Assembly (NCBI RefSeq): GCF_900105015.1 | Contig: NZ_FNLK01000014.1 | Span: forward strand, 1 to 32,000 | Origin: Schaalia meyeri | Lineage (GTDB): Bacteria; Actinomycetota; Actinomycetes; Actinomycetales; Actinomycetaceae | Reading direction: 5' to 3' | DNA length: 32,000 bases | Notes under the pieces: model-generated | The model's database searches: none | What the model was told of the DNA's origin: nothing | Seen by the model: the letters and a program-made list of their open reading frames with translations, nothing else | Position numbers and translations under genes: made by a program | Shown here: piece after piece, positions 28,046-32,000 of the stretch | Numbering within the stretch: position 1 is the first letter of the stretch | Layout of the letters: every line of letters begins with the position of its first letter

Positions 28046-29194
28046 GTGATGAAGGGAAATAATCGCCGACGCGTCATCGCCGAGCTCGTGGAGCGTGGTC
28101 CCATGCATCGGGCCGAGCTGGCGCGAGCCCTGTCCGTCACCAGGACGACGACCACCAACGTGGTCTCCGATGGGGTCGCCTCGGGTGTGCTCTGCAGTGC
28201 GGAGGGGCTAAAGGCCGACGTTGGGATCGGGGAGGCCCCCGGCTGTCTCCTGTCCGTCATCTTCCAAGCCACCTCGACCCTCGTGCTGCTCACGCGAGCC
28301 GATCGCACGGTTGTGCACTCCTCCCGACACGACCTTGACCCGGCGACTGCGGGCGAGCGGCGAATGGAGGAAGCGCTGGGGCGCGTCACCGCTGTGCTTA
28401 GCGAGCTGCGCGCGAGTGTGTCGGCCGCTTATGTTGCCGTCAATGCGCAGATCGACAGTGCGACGGGCGACGTCATGGCCTCTGCCGCCTCCCGCCTGTG
28501 GGGAGGTACGAATCCAAAGGCCTACTTCGAGAGGGCGCTGGGGTGCATCGTCGTCGTCGATAACGAGGTTCGCACCACCGGTTACGCCCAGTACGAGGCG
28601 GGGGACAGAAAGGTGCAATCCCAGCTGTATATCCACATCGCCTACGGGCTGGGGTGTGCGCAGATCGTCGACGGGGTCAGCGTGCGCGGGGCTCGCGGAG
28701 GCGCAGGCGAAATTGGGCACGTGAGCATCGATCCGCGCGGAAGGCCGTGCGAGTGCGGCTCTCGCGGGTGCCTGATGCAGTATGTTGGCACTCACGTCGT
28801 GGACGAGCGTGCGCGCGTCGTGTGGGGGGCGGATGCGAGCACCGCAACCCTGGTGGAGCGCGCCGGGCAAGGGGATCGGGTCGCCGTCGCGATCGTCCAG
28901 AGCGTCGCGGACGAGCTGAGCGAAGCCCTCGTGTCGGCCCTGCACCTGCTCAACCCTGAGGAAGTGGTGATTGGTGGTATCGTCGCGGGGTTCGACGCGA
29001 TCCTGGCGGGGCCGGTCGAGCGGGCCCTCAAGGCCCGCGCTCTGCCCTTGAGCGTTCGCGGTCTGAGCGTGCGGGCCGCTCTCCCCACGGACATTGCCCG
29101 CGCCGGCCTGGGAGTGCTGCTATCGATGGAGGATGTGCGCGCCTCGCTCATCAATCGGTGCGAACAAATCTGGAATAAGTGTCACGCAAGTTGA
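28046..29194 (+). CDS. ROK-family transcriptional regulator (NagC/Mlc-like)
   Basis: An N-terminal winged-HTH (RRRVIAELVERGPMHRAELARALSVTRTTTTNVV) precedes a ROK domain with the zinc motif GHVSIDPRGRPCECGSRGCL. Confidence 0.9.
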   Translation: MMKGNNRRRVIAELVERGPMHRAELARALSVTRTTTTNVVSDGVASGVLCSAEGLKADVGIGEAPGCLLSVIFQATSTLVLLTRADRTVVHSSRHDLDPATAGERRMEEALGRVTAVLSELRASVSAAYVAVNAQIDSATGDVMASAASRLWGGTNPKAYFERALGCIVVVDNEVRTTGYAQYEAGDRKVQSQLYIHIAYGLGCAQIVDGVSVRGARGGAGEIGHVSIDPRGRPCECGSRGCLMQYVGTHVVDERARVVWGADASTATLVERAGQGDRVAVAIVQSVADELSEALVSALHLLNPEEVVIGGIVAGFDAILAGPVERALKARALPLSVRGLSVRAALPTDIARAGLGVLLSMEDVRASLINRCEQIWNKCHAS

Positions 29195-29265
29195 CACATG
29201 CTTGTGGGTGTGAGACCCTTGTCACCACTACGCAGTGTCGCGTACCCACCCGAGAGGAAAAACTT

Positions 29266-30543
29266 ATGTCTCACTCACTCCTGGCGAAAATGGCAGCGAT
29301 GGGGCTCGCGGGGGCCTGTGCCCTCACCCTAAGCGGTTGCGGCTCCGGCTCGTCGTCGGCCACCGGACAAAACGTGCGCGTCTGGTTCATGGAGGGATCC
29401 ATACCGGACGACGCTGTCAAATACCTCCAAGACACCTTCGCCGCCAACAACCCCGGCAACACGCTCACGGTCGAAATCCAACCCTGGGACGGCATCGTCA
29501 ACAAGCTTCAGACGTCTCTCGCCTCGTCCGCCGAGAGTCCCGACCTGGTGGAGACGGGCAACACCCAGACGGCCCTGTTCGCCTCCGTCGGGGCGTTCGC
29601 TCCTCTCGATGATCAATACGAGTCGCTGGGGGGATCGGCGTTGATCCCCAGTTTCGTGGAGGCCGGCACCTGGGAGGGACACAAGTACGCCCTGCCGCTT
29701 TATGCAGGCGCCCGCGGCGTCTACTACCGTAAGGATATGCTCCAGAAGGCTGGCATCGACGTGCCGACCACCCTCGATGAGCTTGCGCAGGCGGCCATCG
29801 ACATCGGACAGGCGAATCCCGACGGCGTCGACGGCTTCTCCGGAATGTACCTGGCGGCGGTCGACATTCACGGCGTCGAATCCCTCATGTTCGCAGGCGG
29901 CGGCGACTACGCCAAGCAGGAAGGCGGGCGCTGGAGCTCGCTCATCGATAACGAGGCCTCCGTCGCCTCGCTCACGCGAATCCAGAAGATCTTCAAGGAA
30001 GGCACCAACTACGCGCTCGCCGACCAGGCCTCTCAAAAGAGCTTCGAAAAGTTCTTCAACGAGAACAAGGTCGCCTTCATGGTCGGAACCGGAAACATTG
30101 GAGAAAAGATCGACAAATCGCTCTGGGACGCTGACGCGGTCGGCGTGATGCCCATTCCGGGTACGACCAGCGGCTCCGTCGGACAGACGTTCGCGGGAGG
30201 CTCCTCCGTCTCGATGGCGGCCAAGGCGCACAACCCGGAACTGGCCGCCAAGGCACTCGAGCTCATCTATTCGAAGGACTTCCAAGAGTCGGTCGCCAAG
30301 GCCGGATGGACGCCGGGCAACTCCACGTACGCAAGCGCTCAGACGGGAGCTTTCGCGAAGATCGCGCCCACTATCGTCGCCAACTCCAAGCTCACTCCCA
30401 ACACTCCGCAGTGGGGAACCTCCGCGGGCGACAGCGACCTGCGCGACTTCTTCATGGCGATCGCACAGGGGTCCGACGTGCGTGGGACCGCAAGCGACTT
30501 CGCCCAAAAACTCACTGAAGCCTTGAACACCGAGCAACGATGA
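29266..30543 (+). CDS. ABC transporter sugar-binding lipoprotein (solute-binding family 1)
   Basis: GAGAGGA RBS precedes ATG 29266. The product begins MSHSLLAKMAAMGLAGACALTLSGCGSGSS (lipobox), and the rest resembles extracellular solute-binding proteins. Confidence 0.9.
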   Translation: MSHSLLAKMAAMGLAGACALTLSGCGSGSSSATGQNVRVWFMEGSIPDDAVKYLQDTFAANNPGNTLTVEIQPWDGIVNKLQTSLASSAESPDLVETGNTQTALFASVGAFAPLDDQYESLGGSALIPSFVEAGTWEGHKYALPLYAGARGVYYRKDMLQKAGIDVPTTLDELAQAAIDIGQANPDGVDGFSGMYLAAVDIHGVESLMFAGGGDYAKQEGGRWSSLIDNEASVASLTRIQKIFKEGTNYALADQASQKSFEKFFNENKVAFMVGTGNIGEKIDKSLWDADAVGVMPIPGTTSGSVGQTFAGGSSVSMAAKAHNPELAAKALELIYSKDFQESVAKAGWTPGNSTYASAQTGAFAKIAPTIVANSKLTPNTPQWGTSAGDSDLRDFFMAIAQGSDVRGTASDFAQKLTEALNTEQR

Positions 30544-31481
30544 CCACCTCAGTGAAGACGCCTGCGCGCCCGGCGAAAGGATGCCGGGCGCGCAGGCGGG
30601 GCATCCCGTATCTGCTGCTGACCCCGGCAACGGCAGTCGTGCTCGTCGTCCTCGGTTACCCGATGCTGCGCCAATTCATCATGTCATTCCAAAAGTTTGG
30701 CCTGAAGCAGCAGTTCGGCGCCCCACCGGAGTGGGTGGGCCTGGACAATTACACCAGCATCCTCACCGACAGCTACTTTTGGACCGTGACGGCCAAGTCG
30801 TTGCTTTTCTGCCTGTGGACCGCCGGATGGACCATGGCGCTGGCAATCGCCTTCGCCCTCATGATGAAAGCTGCCTCCGCTCCGATTCGCACGCTCATGA
30901 ACGCGGTTCTGGTCATCGTGTGGGCGATGCCCCTGCTTGCGACTCTGACGGTGTGGCAGTGGCTCGTGAATAAGAACTTCGGGTTGCTGAACTACGTGCT
31001 CGCGGTGCTGGGCTTCGAACAGGCTTCACAGACCGCGTGGCTCGCGCAAAGCTACTGGACCTTCTTCCTGATCGCTTCCGCGATCATCGTATGGGCGTCG
31101 ATGCCGCTGGCCACGATCTCCATCTATGCGGCCATGACGCAGATTGACGGCGCCCTCATCGAAGCCGCACAGATCGACGGAGCCTCCTACTGGCAGCGGC
31201 TGCGCTACGTCGTGTTCCCCTCCGTGTCGCCCGTGATCGCTCTGATCGGCGTCCTCCAGGTCATCTGGGACCTGAGGGTGTTCACGCAGATCTATGTGCT
31301 TCAACAGTCGGGTTCTATATCGGATGAAACGAATCTGCTCGGCACATACATCTACAAGGTCGGCATCTCGCAAGGAAACTACGGCGTGGCATCCGCGCTG
31401 GCAACCATCGTCCTCCTCATCACATTGGTAATCACGTCGCGCTACATTCACATGCTCTTCACGAAGGGAGATCGACTATGA
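30540..31481 (+). CDS. Carbohydrate ABC transporter permease (MalF/UgpA-like)
   Basis: The ATGA start/stop overlaps the binding-protein gene. The product has six TM helices and the EAA-loop region IEAAQIDGASYWQRLRYVVFP. Confidence 0.9.
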   Translation: MTTSVKTPARPAKGCRARRRGIPYLLLTPATAVVLVVLGYPMLRQFIMSFQKFGLKQQFGAPPEWVGLDNYTSILTDSYFWTVTAKSLLFCLWTAGWTMALAIAFALMMKAASAPIRTLMNAVLVIVWAMPLLATLTVWQWLVNKNFGLLNYVLAVLGFEQASQTAWLAQSYWTFFLIASAIIVWASMPLATISIYAAMTQIDGALIEAAQIDGASYWQRLRYVVFPSVSPVIALIGVLQVIWDLRVFTQIYVLQQSGSISDETNLLGTYIYKVGISQGNYGVASALATIVLLITLVITSRYIHMLFTKGDRL

Positions 31482-32000
31482 GCGTTATGGGTAGAATCTC
31501 GCCAAAACGCGCCGCGTTGACGAGGCGGCGACCCCTGCGCACGCGCATCGGTGTCGCAGTCGTGAACATCGTCCTCCTCCTGTGCGCCTTGCTGTGGTTG
31601 CTGCCGGTCTATTGGATGGTGAACTCATCGCTTCAGACGGACCGCAACCTGCTTGCCTCGCCTCCGAAACTGTGGCCCGCGCCGGCCACCTTCGAGCATT
31701 TTCACTCGGTGCTCGTTTCCCCCGTCTTTCACCGGGCTCTCGGCATGTCGCTCCTGACCGCGCTCATCACGGTGCTCGCGACGACGACCCTGTCGCTGCT
31801 CGCCGCGCTGGCCCTGACACGTTTCCAATTTCGAGGAAAACGGAGCTTCATCGTCGCGGTCCTCGTCGTCCAGATGATCCCCGCCGAAGCGCTGTTCATC
31901 TCCCAATACCGAATGCTGGACGCGTGGAGCCTTTTGAACTCGGTGGCGGGCCTGTCGTTGCTGTACGTCGGGGGCGTGCTCCCCTTCGTCACGTGGATGA
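31478..32000 (+). CDS. Carbohydrate ABC transporter permease (MalG/UgpE-like), 3' end outside window
   Basis: The ATGA start/stop overlaps the previous permease gene. The product begins MSVMGRISPKRAAL...LLPVYWMVNSSLQTD, and the frame is still open at the window edge. It is absent from the ORF track because it has no stop. Confidence 0.85.
   Translation, partial: MSVMGRISPKRAALTRRRPLRTRIGVAVVNIVLLLCALLWLLPVYWMVNSSLQTDRNLLASPPKLWPAPATFEHFHSVLVSPVFHRALGMSLLTALITVLATTTLSLLAALALTRFQFRGKRSFIVAVLVVQMIPAEALFISQYRMLDAWSLLNSVAGLSLLYVGGVLPFVTWM

Noticed and set aside
29178-29197. GTGTCA-N7-TGACAC inverted repeat and a TTGACA hexamer upstream of the ABC binding-protein gene as a second operator or promoter.
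   Set aside because: The arms are only 6 bp and unrelated to the 28008-28032 palindrome. No convincing -10 element lies at the right spacing.

Overview
High-GC (about 65-70% G+C by hand counts of sampled lines) actinobacterial chromosome segment; Actinomycetaceae-like is only a guess. Positions 1-17.8 kb are ordinary core genome in the conserved actinobacterial order: mfd (5' truncated), a lipoprotein, eno, ftsB/divIC-like, DUF501, ppx/gppA, one tRNA, a Bax-inhibitor-like membrane protein, FKBP PPIase, msrA, an AI-2E transporter, greA, hemolysin-III, a cis-prenyltransferase, a PfkB kinase, xseB-xseA, ispH, ychF. Positions ~17.8-25.2 kb are an accessory defence island with no integrase, transposase or flanking tRNA. 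It holds (i) an 876-aa single-chain Type IIG nuclease-methylase-specificity enzyme at only ~52% G+C, (ii) ~450 bp of decayed sequence with an HTH gene remnant, (iii) a vapBC toxin-antitoxin pair, (iv) an McrB-family GTPase with a ~450-aa N-terminal extension plus McrC, and (v) a HigB-like toxin relic. The most informative detail is at the left edge. ychF loses its conserved C-terminal ...EFRFNV end exactly where G+C drops, and the displaced codons VEFRFNV-stop sit 3.1 kb downstream at 20895-20918. This marks the Type IIG cassette as a discrete, probably recent insertion into the ychF 3' end, next to an older vapBC-mcrBC module. Positions 25.3-32 kb hold an EamA/DMT transporter, a possibly frameshifted small acidic ORF, and a sugar-utilisation locus: GH20 hexosaminidase divergent from a ROK regulator across a 25-bp perfect palindrome, then an ABC solute-binding protein and two permeases (the last runs off the window). 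I found no CRISPR array, rRNA or intact mobile element. The tRNA folds by hand as tRNA-Leu(UAA)-like but with only a 5-nt variable region, which needs software confirmation. All calls rest on reading the translations and sequence by eye; no database search was run.
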